Positions 1 through 14,726 of a stretch of DNA of 64,000 bases are shown piece after piece. The stretch is from NCBI GenBank assembly GCA_030265395.1, contig JARFYF010000057.1, forward strand, positions 11,447,444 to 11,511,443. The letters run 5' to 3'. The notes under the pieces were generated by a model. The model searched no databases. It was not told where the DNA came from and saw only the letters and a list, made by a program, of their open reading frames with translations. The stretch comes from Rhina ancylostomus (taxonomy: Eukaryota). Positions within the stretch are counted from its first letter, which is position 1. Each line of letters opens with the position of its first letter. A program made the translations under genes and the position numbers.

Positions 1-1151
1 CCATTTCTATTTCTATGACTAGTTCAACACTGCATTTGGTGGCCATCAATACATCTGTCCCTGTTCCATGTTTACTTCGCCTCACAAATTACAGTTTTGC
101 TTCAGTATCTAATCTTTATCTCTGGAATTCACTCCCTGAATCACTGGGGCTCTCACTTCCTATAAGATATTCCCTAAAACATGAAACCTTTACAGATTAT
201 TTTGATTGCCTCTAAGCAGGCGAATATTCAATGGTGTCCAGTTGGATTTGCATTTACAGATCAATTTTTAAATTTTTTATGTGGCATATGATAAAGTTGC
301 AAGCTAATAGTTACAGTAAACAAGAAAAGCAACTACCTCAACCAGTCAGATTGAAAAATTGTTCAAAAACGCTGAACAAACTTGCATCTGGAGTGCAAAG
401 ATGCAGCATCAAATCGGTACTAGAGGCAAAACAGACAGAAAGAGAGGTGAGGGGAGGCAGAGAAAAATTATTTGTTTTCCATTTATTTAAAAACTTCTTC
501 AATTAATACTTGAAGAAAAGGGACACATGCATAATAGTTGATTTGTAATGCCAAAGAGATTTTTCTTTTTCAGAACCTAGTCATTGCTGGTAAGGTTAGC
601 ATTTATTGTCTATCTAGATGGTACACTGTGCTGTTGAAGGGAATGAATGTTTAGGGATGTCTATCAAGTGGGCTGTGTTGTCATGGGTAGTGTCATGGTT
701 TGAAATTGGCAATAATTAATGGTTATCACAGTGTTTAAAAAGGGTACTTGCATTTTAAATGACAGGCTTTGTTGTGAATTTAACTTGCATCTTCCACAGA
801 TACAGAAGCTTCCTTAGTATAATGCACTCTCATGCTAAAAGTGCCATCAATTTTTGGCAAATCCAATAAATTTTGCTGGAGGGTGACCATGACTACTTTT
901 TCCATGTAGATGTGGCAGTCGGTATTACTAGAAAAGTGAATTTCGTATACTGCCGTTCATGTTCAGAGAGGGATGCATGTGGAGAGCTGCAGATTATTCT
1001 GTTCAAATGGCATGATTTTACACGAGATTTCTCTTAGCTGTTTTTAAATAATTTGATGCATTACTTGGATTTACTTGCATTTCAATTTCTCATTTAAATA
1101 ATTTCACAGTGGATCTCTGCAGCCACAAATTACTTGATTACTCTCCTGCAG

Positions 1152-1317
1152 GTATTGCGCAAGGCTGCATATAAAATTGTTCATAAAGAGACTGACAGGG
1201 TCGTGGCAACACCAGAGAACCTCCACGATTTTGTTGGGAAACCTATCTTCACAGTGGACCGGATGTATGACGTCACTCCTTCGGGAGTTGTAATGGGTTT
1301 AGCCTGGACAGCTATGG
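1152..1317 (+). CDS. LONP1: Mitochondrial Lon protease, internal coding exon (end of AAA+ region / start of protease domain)
   Basis: ctgcag|GTATTG acceptor and G|gtaagt donor; translates [56 protein letters not shown], matching the Lon 'GVVMGLAWT' motif. Confidence 0.96.
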
Positions 1318-1914
1318 GTAAGTGGATGAGCCTTGAATTTAAGAAATGATTGACAATGAGGCCATAACGTATTCCTGCCATTTGTCAATTTTTTAATGTT
1401 GTTTGTCTCTACCCCTGCTTCATCCCATCTACTGAGATACCACTGTGCATACTTATTACCTCTGGAGTTGACTAATCTCATGTTTATCCGACCCTGTCTG
1501 CCACTTTCCACCATCCACAGAGCCAGTCCCAAACCCCAACTCCATTTTCCTTCAATCAAGTTCACTGAATCCTTTTTATAATCCCTGTGCTTACTAAATG
1601 AAAATGGTTTCTGCGCCATGACTTTTTTTTCCCTCAAAATTCTCAATCGTGGTCTTACTATTCCTTTTTCTGTAATTACCTTCAGCATTATATCCTCCCT
1701 GCCCTCCAGGAGACTCTAGGAAACCCGTGGATCATTAGCCAGCATTATAAATTTTAAGTATTTTAATTGTAAATATCTTGATCTCCCTGCATCTCTTCAA
1801 CAACCACCCATTTCCACCCTTTTAAATAAGTAGCCAGGGGAGAAAAAAGATTTTGTACCTCTCCAACAATAGAAGATTCCTGAATTAATTGTGCACTTTA
1901 TAATCCTCAATCAG

Positions 1915-2123
1915 GTGGTTCAACTCTCTTCATCGAAACTTCCCTTCGTCGACCAAGGGACAAAGAAAGTAAAGATGGTTCTCTTGAAGTGACTGGTCAG
2001 CTGGGAGATGTGATGAAGGAAAGTGCAAAAATCGCCTATACATTTGCCAGGGCCTTTCTCATGCAGAAAGATCCTACTAATGATTTTCTGACTCAGTCTC
2101 ATATTCACCTCCATGTGCCTGAA
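1915..2123 (+). CDS. LONP1: Mitochondrial Lon protease, protease-domain exon
   Basis: tcag|GT...GAA|gtaagt, phase-compatible with the previous exon; translates [69 protein letters not shown] ([12 protein letters not shown] and HIHLHVPE Lon motifs); not shown in the ORF track. Confidence 0.96.
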
Positions 2124-3313
2124 GTAAGTTTTTTTGAGTTGTTCATTGTTTAGTCTGCAACTGTATTTTATTCCACAAAAGTGATCCTAATTGCATTAAT
2201 TAATTGCAACAACTTTACTTTCACAACTAAATATACACAACAATAAACAAGCCATTTTCTGTTGAGTTTATGCTTATGTACTGTACACCAAGGAGTGGAT
2301 TAGCTAAATACACTATACTGCAACTCTGTATTAAATTAATTTGTCACTACTTTCACACAAGTGTTTTGCATTCAACCAATGTAATTGTGCTTTTCCAGTT
2401 AATGCAAAACTATGCAAGCCAGTTTGCTACAATATTCATATTGCAGTAGTGATCATAAACTAAATTTCAACTTTTGCCTCATTCGTAAGTGAACTGGTTT
2501 AACTTGAGGCAAATCTGTGACTGCACAAGTGTGGTTGTAGATATCTTCACTCAAGGTATTTGCATTCAGCAGGTTACTATTTCTTGCAATTATTTTTGTG
2601 TCTTTTAAAAAGGCATATTCATCCTATTGTCACATCAGTATTTATTAGAGTATCAACATGAAGTTTTGTTCCCGTGATATAAATAAATGTTGCAGATATG
2701 AGGAAATGATTAATATCTATACATATTGCAGATGTTGTGGAGAAAACATTTGTCACCCTACTTTTCCAGTGTTGACGGTTCGCTGAGTATATGCTGTTAA
2801 TATAAGCAATAAATTCTGTGTAACTGATCCAAATAATTAATGTATCTAAAACGAGGAAGTACTTGTTTATTTTGTTTATACAAGGATAAAGACTTGATAT
2901 GAACACTTGTGTGGATGGTCCCACAAGGAGCCTCAATTGCATAGTTGATAAAACTCCATTTATCCAGCACACAATGAACTTTGGTGCTGGACTAGACCAT
3001 TTTCTTTACCCAGACTATCAAATGCTATTATATTAGTACTCCAATACACTGTTAATTCACCTTTTATTTTTAAATGTTACATAGTAACTTTCTAGTAAAT
3101 CTGTTAAGTTTCAAAGGAGTGTGGCCAATAGAACCAGATTAAAGGGAATGAGGGAAATAGAGTGGGTGTCAGCAACTCAGCAATCACCTGGTGAGCCAGC
3201 TGCTGAACCATTGGGATTTCTAAAATGTCAGATCAGAGTTTATTGTACCTATACATTGCATTGCAGATGAGAAATGTTTAGTGAATGCATTTACTATCAG
3301 CAACGCTATTTAA

Positions 3314-3559
<246 letters not shown>

Positions 3560-3892
3560 TAACTCAGAGTTTTAACAAAATTGGAGCCAGCGTACCAGGA
3601 GTAAAATTTGAATTGTCCAATTAGTGCACTTTAACTGCCTTGTAAATGATTAAATTCTTTTAATTGGCTGAAGCTCTTTCTGTAATCAGTTCTAAATTTT
3701 ACGATTTCTATTTTATTATTTGTCTCTCACTCTAAGATTGTGAAACTCAAACATTCTCAAATATCTAGCTAATTTTCTTGAGATAGGTCACTGTCTGCCA
3801 ATAGACTTTAAAATTTTAACAGTAATAAATTTTAAAACAAGTGTTCCAGAGGTTTAACTGCAACTAAGCTGTGTTTTATTGTTTTTGTATAG

Positions 3893-4042
3893 GCAAAGCG
3901 AGCTGGTGTTAACTGCATCATTTTACCAATGGAAAACAAAAAAGATTTTTTTGATCTACCAAAGTTTATTACAGAGGGCCTGGAGGTGCATTTTGTTGAA
4001 CATTACCGGGATGTGTATGATACAGTGTTTCTAAATAAATAA
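3893..4042 (+). CDS. LONP1: Mitochondrial Lon protease, terminal coding exon
   Basis: gtatag|GCA; [49 protein letters not shown] then TAA at 4040-4042. Confidence 0.95.
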   Translation, partial: AKRAGVNCIILPMENKKDFFDLPKFITEGLEVHFVEHYRDVYDTVFLNK

Positions 4043-4267
4043 GATTACTGACCTTTGAACAAATGACTGAACTGATTGCAAGACATTTCTCTGTGAGTTG
4101 CCCTTTGTAGAAATACAGTCAGATGTTATGTGCTGGTCCCATTGCACTGCTGGAGATCTTAAGATGGCAAAATAAATTGAGCATGAAGATGTATGTAGCT
4201 ATTTTACTGAAGTATTGTAACAAATCTCAGCATCATAATATCATTAATTTTGTTAAGAGACTATTTT

Positions 4268-4346
4268 AATAAACTTTCTAGAATTATTCTGTAATTTTGA
4301 TATAATAAAACCTTGGGGAAATTGGCATCAGTAGATTATGAATAAA
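4268..4346 (+). terminator. Cluster of candidate LONP1 polyadenylation signals
   Basis: AATAAA at 4268-4273, 4304-4309 and 4341-4346, downstream of the LONP1 stop. Confidence 0.6.
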
Positions 4347-5339
4347 TAGACTATGTATGATAGCCACTTTTATCAGGAAGGCTTCATATTATCTCTAGTT
4401 TTTGCTAAATTTATGTAATACATTTGGTCTTGGCAAAACTGGACAATTGGAGAAAATTTCAACAAGGTTCCTCATCTTGACAGAGATGAGTAAGTGCTGC
4501 CTTGTGTAAGTGGAGTCTAGTCTGTGATATCTTCCAGTTAAATTGCTTTTTGATATTCACTGGACATTTAGGAGTCTGGCATCTGTGTTCCATGTCCAGA
4601 TATGAACTGACACATTCTGAATGGTCTACATTATTTTGGTTTTTTTTACTTGGATAGATGCTGATAACTGAGTGTTCTGCACCATTGCTGGAACCATAAA
4701 ATTCCCTCAGCATTTCCCACAGAATCTTTCTATGTCTGAGAATAAGACACATTCAAACCTTTGTGAATTTTTTTTTCTCTCAGTAACTTGTCTTTGCATT
4801 CATTAATTTACTTGGGCAACCATGCCCTTTTATTCAGAGATGGTTAACCTCTGATCTTCTTCATCCTTTGGGTGAATGCAAATTGTATTGATTCATCAAT
4901 GACTCCCTGCAACTGCCACAGCTGTATTTGTAGGTTCAATCATGTCAGCTTTCTAAAAAGCCAATTTGTCTGTCTGTCATCTGAAAAAGCACATCCACTA
5001 CTGGAGGAGAAATGAGCCTTAATTGGTAAAATTATTACTTTCAGCTGCTACTACTACTATTAATACTATATTATTTTGCTAGGGAATTTGATGCTTCAAT
5101 TGAAACCAAAAACTTGGGAACAATTGAGGTTTTAATAAATTTTCAGTATACTAATCATTGTATTTCAGAGTATGTGTGAAATTAAAGATTTATGGATTCT
5201 TCAGATGAAAGTAACTGAGTTTTGCTGCTGAATCTCCTCAAAAGAATTGAGATTAAATTTACTGCAGTTTTGATCTCCTGTTGCGAGTGCCTCTCCCATT
5301 TTGTAAGGACATTTTCAGCCTTGAATGTCACAGACTGGA

Positions 5340-6620
5340 GGCCCAGGGAAGGGGAGATCTGCATCTATTTGTTTCTTATTTAAATAGCTTCTGTCAGGAA
5401 GGTTACAACATGTCAGTTCTATAGTAGAGCTCTAATAAAGTGCAATCCAGCTGATCCCTCTCCCAAAAACCTGCACTTTCCTTCCAGATAGCTTTCAGCT
5501 CCCTGTTGAATACAATTTACTTCCCATTTGCTGTGCTTTTTTAAACGTGTATCCCTTTTGATGATCACCTTATTCTGTATCCTCTAGTCTTGACACAGCC
5601 ATTAGTTTCTTTCTGTCCACACACCATTGTTAAATACATTTATCAGGTTCCATCAAAACCCTCTAATCCATCACAGTTTCTCCTGTATATTACCTTCTAG
5701 GAAATCTATTGCTGTCACTAACTGTGTTTCCCTTGACACAATTTGCCTCAACCAAATCCATGCTCACTATTTTTAAATTGATCCACAAGTGGCCTTTTGA
5801 CTGCTAATTCTCTGCCTGACCGTTGTTTCAAGTCTTAATCTGCCACTGAGGTTAAATTTACCAGTTTCTAATTACCATGTTTAACCCTCTACCTTTTTTT
5901 AACATTGCTGTAACATTTCTAATGTTCTGCTCCTTAGCCACCATCCCTAAGTCTATGCATATCTAAAAGATTATGGCCAGGGTTGCTGCAGTTTTCTCCC
6001 TTGGCAATCTGAGGTATCTATTCTGGACCAGGTGATTTATCCAGTAAACGTAACTGGCCTTTCCAACACCACCTCTGTCAGTTTTTAGCCCATCCAGAAT
6101 CTCAACTGTCTGAGAACCCAGCATTCTCATTGTCATATTTGATAATGTGCCTCTTTAGCACCTCAGCTATACCTTTCTCTGACTAAATTTCCTTTAGTCT
6201 GGATCTGGGTATTAAGGGCGGTTCAGACAGATTATCTGCTATGATCTTAATGAGTAACAAAGTGGATTTAAGGACTCAATGATTCCTACCAATGCTCTTC
6301 TGCCTCTGGTTGGTCCCACTTCTTTCACAGCCCTTTTCCTGTTTACATGCCTAAAGAATATTTTGGTTCCCTTATGCTTGCAGCCTGTCTTCTCATTCTC
6401 CATTTCTTTTCCCCTTTCCCACCTGTTTTTTTTTGCCTGAAGCCTGGTTAATAATCAGTCATGTGCTTTTTCTCTGCTCTACTCTGTGTTCATACAAGCT
6501 CAGGCTTTTTCCTACATTTCTCTCATTGTTCAATCCAAGCTTTGATTCTAATTTACCCAAGACATAAGTTTTCTTCATCCATTGAAATCAGCCCTTCTCC
6601 CATTAATATTTTTTAGAAAT
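5340..6620 (-). mobile_element. Heavily decayed CR1-like LINE fragments between LONP1 and RPL36
   Basis: Degenerate CR1 ORF2-like phrases (e.g. 'ctggaccaggtgatttatcc', reverse of the DKSPGPD motif); boundaries approximate. Confidence 0.45.
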
Positions 6621-7589
6621 TTGAATTATATTTTCCATGTTCTAAATCTGTTGTCTTAGATGTTCACTGATTCATTTTTCACTGGCCTGGCCTCATTCTC
6701 CAAAACCATCTCCAGCTACACTAGCCCATTCTACTTTAACTAATATTGTCATTCTAATCTGATTTGCATAGTTGGGAGTACTATCCACTTATCATTCCAT
6801 GGTTTTTGGATGTCAGAATTTTCTCATTGTCCTTTATCCTAGGTAGTGGCAACAGAATAGGCCTAGAAGTACAATCACACAACTCCTCGCTTGCATCTTT
6901 GTATTGCTTGAAGCCATCCTCTCACCAGTGTAGCAATAGTTTCTCTAATCAGTCTGTCTTCCATTCCTTTCCTTTCCTGAACATCCAGTAGCCAGGAATG
7001 CATGCATTGTTTTTTTTGAAAAGGAACATTGTGTTATTAACCTTATTGTAACTTGCAGCTCAAAGCTTGTGTTAATGATTCAAGTGTTCACATGCACTGC
7101 AAATCTGTCTTAACCCTTCCTGTACTCTTAAGCAGGTCCCAATCTTTTAGCAATTTTTCCCAATGCCATCTTTCATCAAAGATTAATTCCAGCACTGAGG
7201 TACAAGTTGTCTGGCCTTTATAGGTTACACCTTCTCCAGGGTTAGTCCAAATGCCCCAGAAACATACAGCCCTCCCTTCTGTACCATTTTTCCCTTCCAT
7301 ATGCATTTATCCATGCTTCCCTCCCATTTCTATACTTGTTAGCACATGGCCACTGCCACCAGGGAGATAAGCAGTAGAATTAATAGATATGTAGGGAGAA
7401 TGGATAACAAAGAAAATTTAATTGGGGGAAGGTGATTGCATGGTGAGCCAGTATAGATGAGACTGGCCAAATTTCATATTGACATGAAGCAATAAGGCTT
7501 TAGCAAAGGAACAGAAACGGTTCCATGAAAAATCAGTTCTCAATTGTAAATTCAAACCAGGTATTCATAAGTCAACATTAAAAATGAAT

Positions 7590-7595
7590 TTTATT
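7590..7595 (-). terminator. RPL36 polyadenylation signal
   Basis: tttatt on + (AATAAA on -), 19 nt past the RPL36 stop codon; short 3'UTR typical of ribosomal protein mRNAs. Confidence 0.8.
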
Positions 7596-7614
7596 GGTAA
7601 CAACTTAGTACAGA

Positions 7615-7770
<156 letters not shown>

Positions 7771-8467
7771 CTAGGTCCTCTAATATATAATGAGTTCATC
7801 ACATGACAACTTTTGTTAGAATAGTGCATCTACAGTTTAAATTCAAATTAAGTTTCCAAAATTAACAATATTACAACTACCCAGATAAACAATTATGTAT
7901 ACTTGGCTGCAGCTTTTACATCTATTTTCTCCATCGGCTACTGAACCTGTGCAGTTCTCTAGAGGCGAGTTAGACTACTGCTCCACGAGTGCCACCTCTC
8001 TCACAAATTATCCAGTTCTCAAGACATGCCTGGCATATAGCTATGGACGATCTGTTTGCTATAAAAATCAACTAATTGCTATTTGTGGGATACCTCCTGC
8101 TTTATAAACATATGGATGATGCACACAAATCAAACATCTTCCAAACCTCATTTTTCTTTCTAATTAACAAGCAATCACACTGGATTTATCAAGTAATGCA
8201 GTTGTGTTTCTCCTCATGGATTGTTGAACTCATCATTTATAGAAAGAATACTAATGTGTATTTAATATTTTCCAACTTCAGTACTGGATTAATAGTAAAA
8301 GCAAGCAACTGCAGTTGAATAATGATTAAACTGAGTACAAAGGCAAAGTGCTGCTAGAAATGTTTGATAATACTGATGAAATGCTTTCACACATGTTAAG
8401 GGAACATTTATATTCATGTTATATTTGTAATATTTCAAAAGAACCACAATAAAGATNNNNNNNNNNT

Positions 8468-8764
<297 letters not shown>

Positions 8765-8789
8765 TCAGATCTTATGAAAGAAAAACTAC

Positions 8790-10205
8790 ATTTTAAAAAA
8801 TTAACAGTTAACTGAGAAAGTATCCAACAAAGTAGATAAAGGGGAAACCACCAAATATATTGGATTTGGGTTTATAAAACCTATTTACATGTACCATAAA
8901 AGGTTACTGCACAACACTCATGGGTTGAGGACAACAGATTAGCAATGAATAGAGGGTTAGTTAATAAAAAACAGTAGGGATTATCAGGTTGTTTTCTAGT
9001 TAGCAAGCTGCTATCAGAAAGTCTCAGGAATCAATGCTGGGGTTTCAGCTATTTATGATCAATATTAACTATGATACAGAGATAAATTTAATGTATTGAA
9101 GTTGGACAATGATGGGTGGGAAAGTTGTGGAGGACAACAATATGCAAAGGAACAAACAGGCTGAGTGGGCAAATATATGACAATGTATAAAGTTGGGAAA
9201 TTAAAATTATCCACTGTAGCAGGAAGAATATAAAAATCAGTATTTATGAGCATTAATTGCTGGTTTTCAAACAGATACAGATTGTTTCCATAGAAGAAAA
9301 AGCTAGCATGCAAGTACTGCAGTAAATGAAATTAAATGTTGACCTTCGTTACAAGGAGAATGGCTTACAGAAATAAGGAAGTCGTTCTACAAATGTACAG
9401 GGATTTGGCGAATATAACTCAAGTATTCTGCAGATTTAATCTCATTGTTAGGGAATATATCTGTGTTGGGGCACATAGCAAAAGTTCACTTGATTGATTG
9501 TTGGGATGAGGGTTTGACTTATGAGAAACAATTGAGTAGAATGGACTTAAACCTCTCATTCTCCTAAACAACAATATTCTCATTTCTGTCTGACCAGATA
9601 AATGCTGCAAGGATGTTTGCCTTCATTGGAGTTTAGACTTAAGGAACAGGCCTCTTAACATATATGAGAAATCTTCTGAGGGTGGTAAACCTTTGAAGTT
9701 CATTAATCAAAAGACCTGTGGTCGAGTCATGAGTAAGTTTTGCTGAAGCCAGCCTGCTACCTGAACCTGCCAACCACACTAAGCTGGTACAGATACACAG
9801 GTGGAATCTCACTGGGTGTTGGATCCTGAAGGTATCAGGCATGGCACAACAAGGCTCCAGTGGCAAATCTCTGGCAGTGCAGTCCCAAGGTCCTACCTCC
9901 AGAACACCACTGATAGAATACAAAGCTGAGGCAGAATTCTGGCTTGTGTCAAAACTGTAAAGTAACTGAAGTTTACGAATATCTTGACATTTTTTCCAGA
10001 GTGGAAATTTCTCTATGGAACCCATAGCCACAGCTAGCTAGATTTATCCCATTAGTATATTCAAGACTAAAAGAGAGATTGTGGAGGACAATGAAATTTA
10101 GAGCTGTGGAGATTAGGCAGGAGAATAGCAATCAAAGCTAAAGATCAGATCACATGGCCTAATTAAATATCAGAGCAAGCTCAAAGCCATAAAGCCTACT
10201 TCTGC
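8790..10205 (+). mobile_element. Decayed CR1 LINE (RT to 3' tail) in an RPL36 intron, antisense to the gene
   Basis: Degenerate CR1 RT phrases ('gtagataaaggggaa', 'ccataaaaggttactgcacaa') and a 3' tail 'cctacttctgct'; interrupted at about 9740-10040. Confidence 0.55.
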
Positions 10206-10940
10206 TATTCCCTATATTACAAACCAGAATGAACCTGCATTATTACATTGTTTTATTCTCAACCCATCAAATGCCCTCATCATCAGTGTTTGCAAAGACA
10301 ACACTGTCTCTTTTGGGAGTTCATGCTATGAGACATGGAAATCTGACCAGAAGCTAAGTACTCAAATTAAAGGGATTCCCATTAACTTCATCTTCCCTCA
10401 TTAAATTGTGGTGCTGAACTCAGAGGGCAAAGACAGTCAAACTCCTTTGCTAAGACTCAAGTTATTATGAATAAGTAAACATAAGAAACAGAAACAGACA
10501 TGGGCCATTCAATCCCTTGTGCTTGCTCAGCTACTTCACAAGATCATGACTGATCTTTTACCTCAGTGTCACTTCCATGTACTAACCATAAGTTCACTAC
10601 CCTCTCTGAAAAAGATTCTTCCCAACTCCATTTTAAAAGGCCAAACCCTTACTTTAGGATTGGTCCATGGTTCTCAACATTTCCATCATTTCCACCATCC
10701 ATCCTGTCAATCTCAGCAAAATGTTATACATTTCACAAGCAGGAATGAATTGTTGTGATGGCAACCACTGATATTTCTCCAAAAATATTATTCTAATTCC
10801 TCACAACCACCTTCTTAAAATTAAGATTTCAAAAATTTAAGCAGCGTGGGATTTCTTTAGAAAAGTACTATGGTGCTGTCAGGGGTTGCTGATGGAAAAA
10901 TAACTTCAGGCTTAAAGATGCAGCTCCTGTGGTTACTCAC

Positions 10941-11033
10941 CCCTCGTCTGCGGCTCTGCCTTGGGCCGGTCTCATTCTTGGTAACAGGGTGACCTTTGTG
11001 CAGGCCAACTGCCATAGGATACCTGATTGCCAT
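10941..11033 (-). CDS. RPL36: 60S ribosomal protein L36, first coding exon
   Basis: tatag|AA ATG...GGG|gtgagt on - strand; [31 protein letters not shown]; the three exons total 105 aa, the canonical vertebrate length. Confidence 0.97.
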
Positions 11034-13949
11034 TTCTATACAGGAAAAGTAGGAAATAAGTATTTAAAGTCATTCAAATTAACAAAGTGAATGCAAAAAC
11101 AGCAAATTTGTATATGAATTTTCGTTCTGTGACACCTCAGCTGTGTGCTGTCAAGTTCAATAACAGAAATTTGTTGATTTGGAAACTGATGACTTCAAAT
11201 GCTTCTGCCTAATCTCTTAAATGTCTTTCCTCAAGGGGAAAAACACTAATTCTCCATTTTATTCATGTATCCCTGATCTCTGGAATTATACCAGTAAACA
11301 TCCAATGCAACCGAACTAAATATGACCAAACTACATTATTGACTAAATCAAAGACTTATGAACAAATCACCAAGTCTCTTCTTGCACTTACTTTAAAATT
11401 ATACCTAGTAGGAACAATGGTTTCTAATTCTTCACATCAAAATGTATCACCTCACACTACTGTGTTTTGCTTCATCCATATTGTGACTATACACACACAT
11501 ACACTGAGTTCATAGGATACATATGTTACTAGTAAGGCCAGAATTTATTATCCATCCTTAACTCGCCTTGAACTAAATAATTCACCAGATTTTCAGGTCA
11601 ATAAGGATTCAGCCAGATCAGTGGGTTCAGAGTCACAGGCATGCCATCGTTCCATGGTCACTTGTATTGATGCTAGCTCTTCATTCCAAAAAATAAGTCA
11701 TTTGAATTTGAACAGTTACTGTAGTGGGATTTAACTTCAGGTATCTCGATGCAAATAACCTAATCACTGTACAACAGAATCCTTGACCAAGACCATTCAG
11801 CCCACTGAGTATATGCTGACCAAGAGAGGCTGATTTTTAAACTAATTCCATTTCCCAGTTCTTAGTCCCTGCAGGTGAGGCCACATCAAGTGCTCATCTG
11901 GGTAAATTGAAAAGAAATTGGTTTCAGTCTCAACACCCAGTTTCAGAAACCTCTTATTCCTTGGTGACTCTCCCCCCCATCTCCCAATTCCCTTTAATCC
12001 TACCAACTATCTTTAAGTTTCTGTTTTCTACACTTTCAAATTTCAAAGCATTTACAGTTTTGCTTTAACCCCAAATGCAAATATATTAAAATATATTTTT
12101 AAAAACTATGCACTTGACCTTATCCACAAAGTGCTGTCATTTGCCTAGAGAGCAAGTAGGTTCCATCTCAGAGGTAATTGATTTGGCCACACTAGCCATG
12201 CATTTTGTGCTATTTCAAAGTTAGTTCTCCATGATTTCAACATAACTCCCTAACACAGAATCATGGGTTTAAATAAGAAACTTTCAAATCAATCAACAGC
12301 TATTTGGCCAAAATGTGTCTTAGTTGGTGCAAATGAAGATACTGAGTGGCAACTTCCAAAGTACAGACCCAGTTTCCCACTCCTCTGTACCCCCACAACT
12401 TCCCTAATTTCCAAGTATCCACACAAGTTCTTAAAATTTATGAAGTGAGCATTAAGCCCATCAAATACAACATTCTCGATGCTTCCAAGTCTCACCTTCC
12501 CTTTAATCACCTGTCAACTATCAAAACTCCGACAGAATAATCTTTCTATATCTACCACTCTATCACAATCCCTCACTATGCCAAAAATGTCTCTTATTAA
12601 AAAGATGGCAGGATTAATGACAAGTTCTAATGTTCATTTTTAATATTTAAATAATGTTAATGCAAATCTTTTTTGTAATTACCCATTACTCTTCCCCTCT
12701 ACTTATTTGGCACTATTAAAATTGAGGAAGGAAAACAACTCAATTTTTAAGGCATTCTCCAATATGCTATGGAGTTTACTAAAGAGGTAATGTCATTAAA
12801 ACATTACACTCTTAAGGAGATTTTAACAAGAGTAGATGAGATAAGAGGTCTTTTTGGTTGACTAGTCTTGGAACAAGAAGCAAGTCTCAGGATAACAGGT
12901 CAGTCACTTAAGACTGATAATAAGAAATATTTCTCCCCCAGAGGGTTATAAATACTGTTGTAAAACATAATTATGACTCCACATTACAACTGGAATCAAA
13001 AATATCTGAAAATACTGTAGAATTAAAGTCTGCCTGCAGAAGTGTGGGAAGGAAGTTGGTGCCAATGTTTCAGATCACATGACCCTTTGGAAAAGCCTCA
13101 ATAAAAAAATTCACTGGCTATTTGAAATTTCACTCACTGCTTGGCAGCACTCTTGTAAGAGTCCGGGACATTGAATGCAAGTTCTACTCCAGATACTCCA
13201 GCAAATCTAACCATGGTTGTGCAAGTGCAAAGCATGCTAGAGGCTCCAAAGGTGCTGTCATGATGAACCAGCTGATGAATGAGTTGGTTGCAAAAGATGT
13301 CATTGCATTGCTTATCACCAGTTTCCTGACCAAGAGCAATCAACGTTTCTTAAATGTATCATCTTGTCAACATTATGTTTATGAAAGCTTGTTCAACACA
13401 AATTGGCTGCCTCATTTGCAATGTTAGCACAGTGACTACATTCAAGTAGTTGACTGTAAAGCTCTATGTGAAAAATCTAATAGGTATTGTACTACATAGG
13501 TCTTCCTTTACACACACACACAACAGGCACTTCATGTGAGAAGATCTATACAGATATGAAAAGGACCTGCATTTCTGTAGTTCCTTTCACAACCCTCCCA
13601 AAGCACCTGACAATAAATACTTGAGATATCATTATTGTAGGAAGTGCTTAGATTACTCACACCCCTTTAAAACTATTTTATTAATTCACTGATTAAAGTG
13701 AAAACTAAGGTTCAATCACACCTTCAGAGCACCCTAAACACAACTGCCAATCACTTCTGAATACAGCCATGACTACTGAATGTTGGAAATGTCACCCAAC
13801 TTGTGATATTGGATTCGGGACAAAAACTAGGGACAGGTCACTAGGGAAAAAGCCTTCAAAACAGAGTAAAAGAATCTCCCATTGGACACCCTAGCTCCAA
13901 GATGAGGCTAAAAACCCTTTGGACCTGCCACGCTGGTTTATTCTTTATC

Positions 13950-14515
13950 CACCTCTCTCTCTCTCCGGTAGACTACACTGTGGCCGCAGAATCGGCACGC
14001 AGACGGTCCGTCCCGCAACGTCGTGGTGGTGGTGGTGGTGGGGAGGGCGGATGCGCTCAGCAATACTTTTGCCACCCACTATAGGCAAAGTCTAAAGAAA
14101 TAAACTAAAACCATGAGGTGAAATACAAATGGGAAACTCCGGGAGCAGCTCCGACATCTGGTCCCATTCGCCAAGCGGAGACCCCAGGACGAGTTCCTCT
14201 CCTTAACTCGCAAATAACAACTCCGGCGCATCACATACGCATACAATATCCTGTCCAACCAACACATGTAATGTCGCCCTTTCCATCCGCATCCAGCAAG
14301 AATCACCCAACCTCAGGATGGTTCGGATAAAACCCCGATTTGAATCCCCCTCCCCTCAACACCCTTCGCTTTACCTACTTCTCAGTTATGGCGCCCGGGC
14401 CGGAAGGACTAGGCGGGCGCGGAATGCTGGGATTTCAGAGCCGCCGACCACTGGCGACGGTAACCATGTGAACGGAACTTATCCCGCCATCTGCACTGGG
14501 AGTTGTGCTGTCGGT
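13950..14515 (-). promoter_or_regulatory. RPL36 CpG-island promoter / proximal intron 1
   Basis: CpG-rich stretch in AT-rich surroundings; ETS/GABP-like CCGGAAG at ~14400, YY1-like GCGCCAT, GC box GGCGGG, ZNF143-like TCCCAGCATTCC and CAACTCCCAGTGCA on - strand. Confidence 0.7.
14375..14408 (-). other. RPL36: Probable non-coding first exon of RPL36 with 5'TOP-like start
   Basis: - strand TCCTTCCGGCCCGGGCGCCATAACTGAGAAGTAG|gtaaag: pyrimidine start, no ATG, donor site, inside the local CpG island. Confidence 0.7.
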
Positions 14516-14726
14516 GTTTTGTTGTATAGAAACTTTATGTTTGGAAAAAAATACCTTAGTTGGTTGGTTTTGAAATAATACTTTCATCTATTATCAATAT
14601 AAAATGTTTTATTTTCCAATGCCACCATTTTGTTTTATTTGCACGTGGCTGACAAAGTTTTGCCCCTTCCTACCTGTCCCCAAAGTTGAGGAGATGGGCA
14701 GGAGTCTGTTGTTGCCTTTATTATTG

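Noticed and set aside
13255-13335. ATGATGA...CTGA pair resembling a C/D-box snoRNA in RPL36 intron 1
   Set aside because: It lies antisense to the host gene, the terminal stem is weak, and I recognise no rRNA-complementary guide.
13122-13427. 101-aa ORF in RPL36 intron 1
   Set aside because: Non-ATG start and no recognisable domain or splice support.
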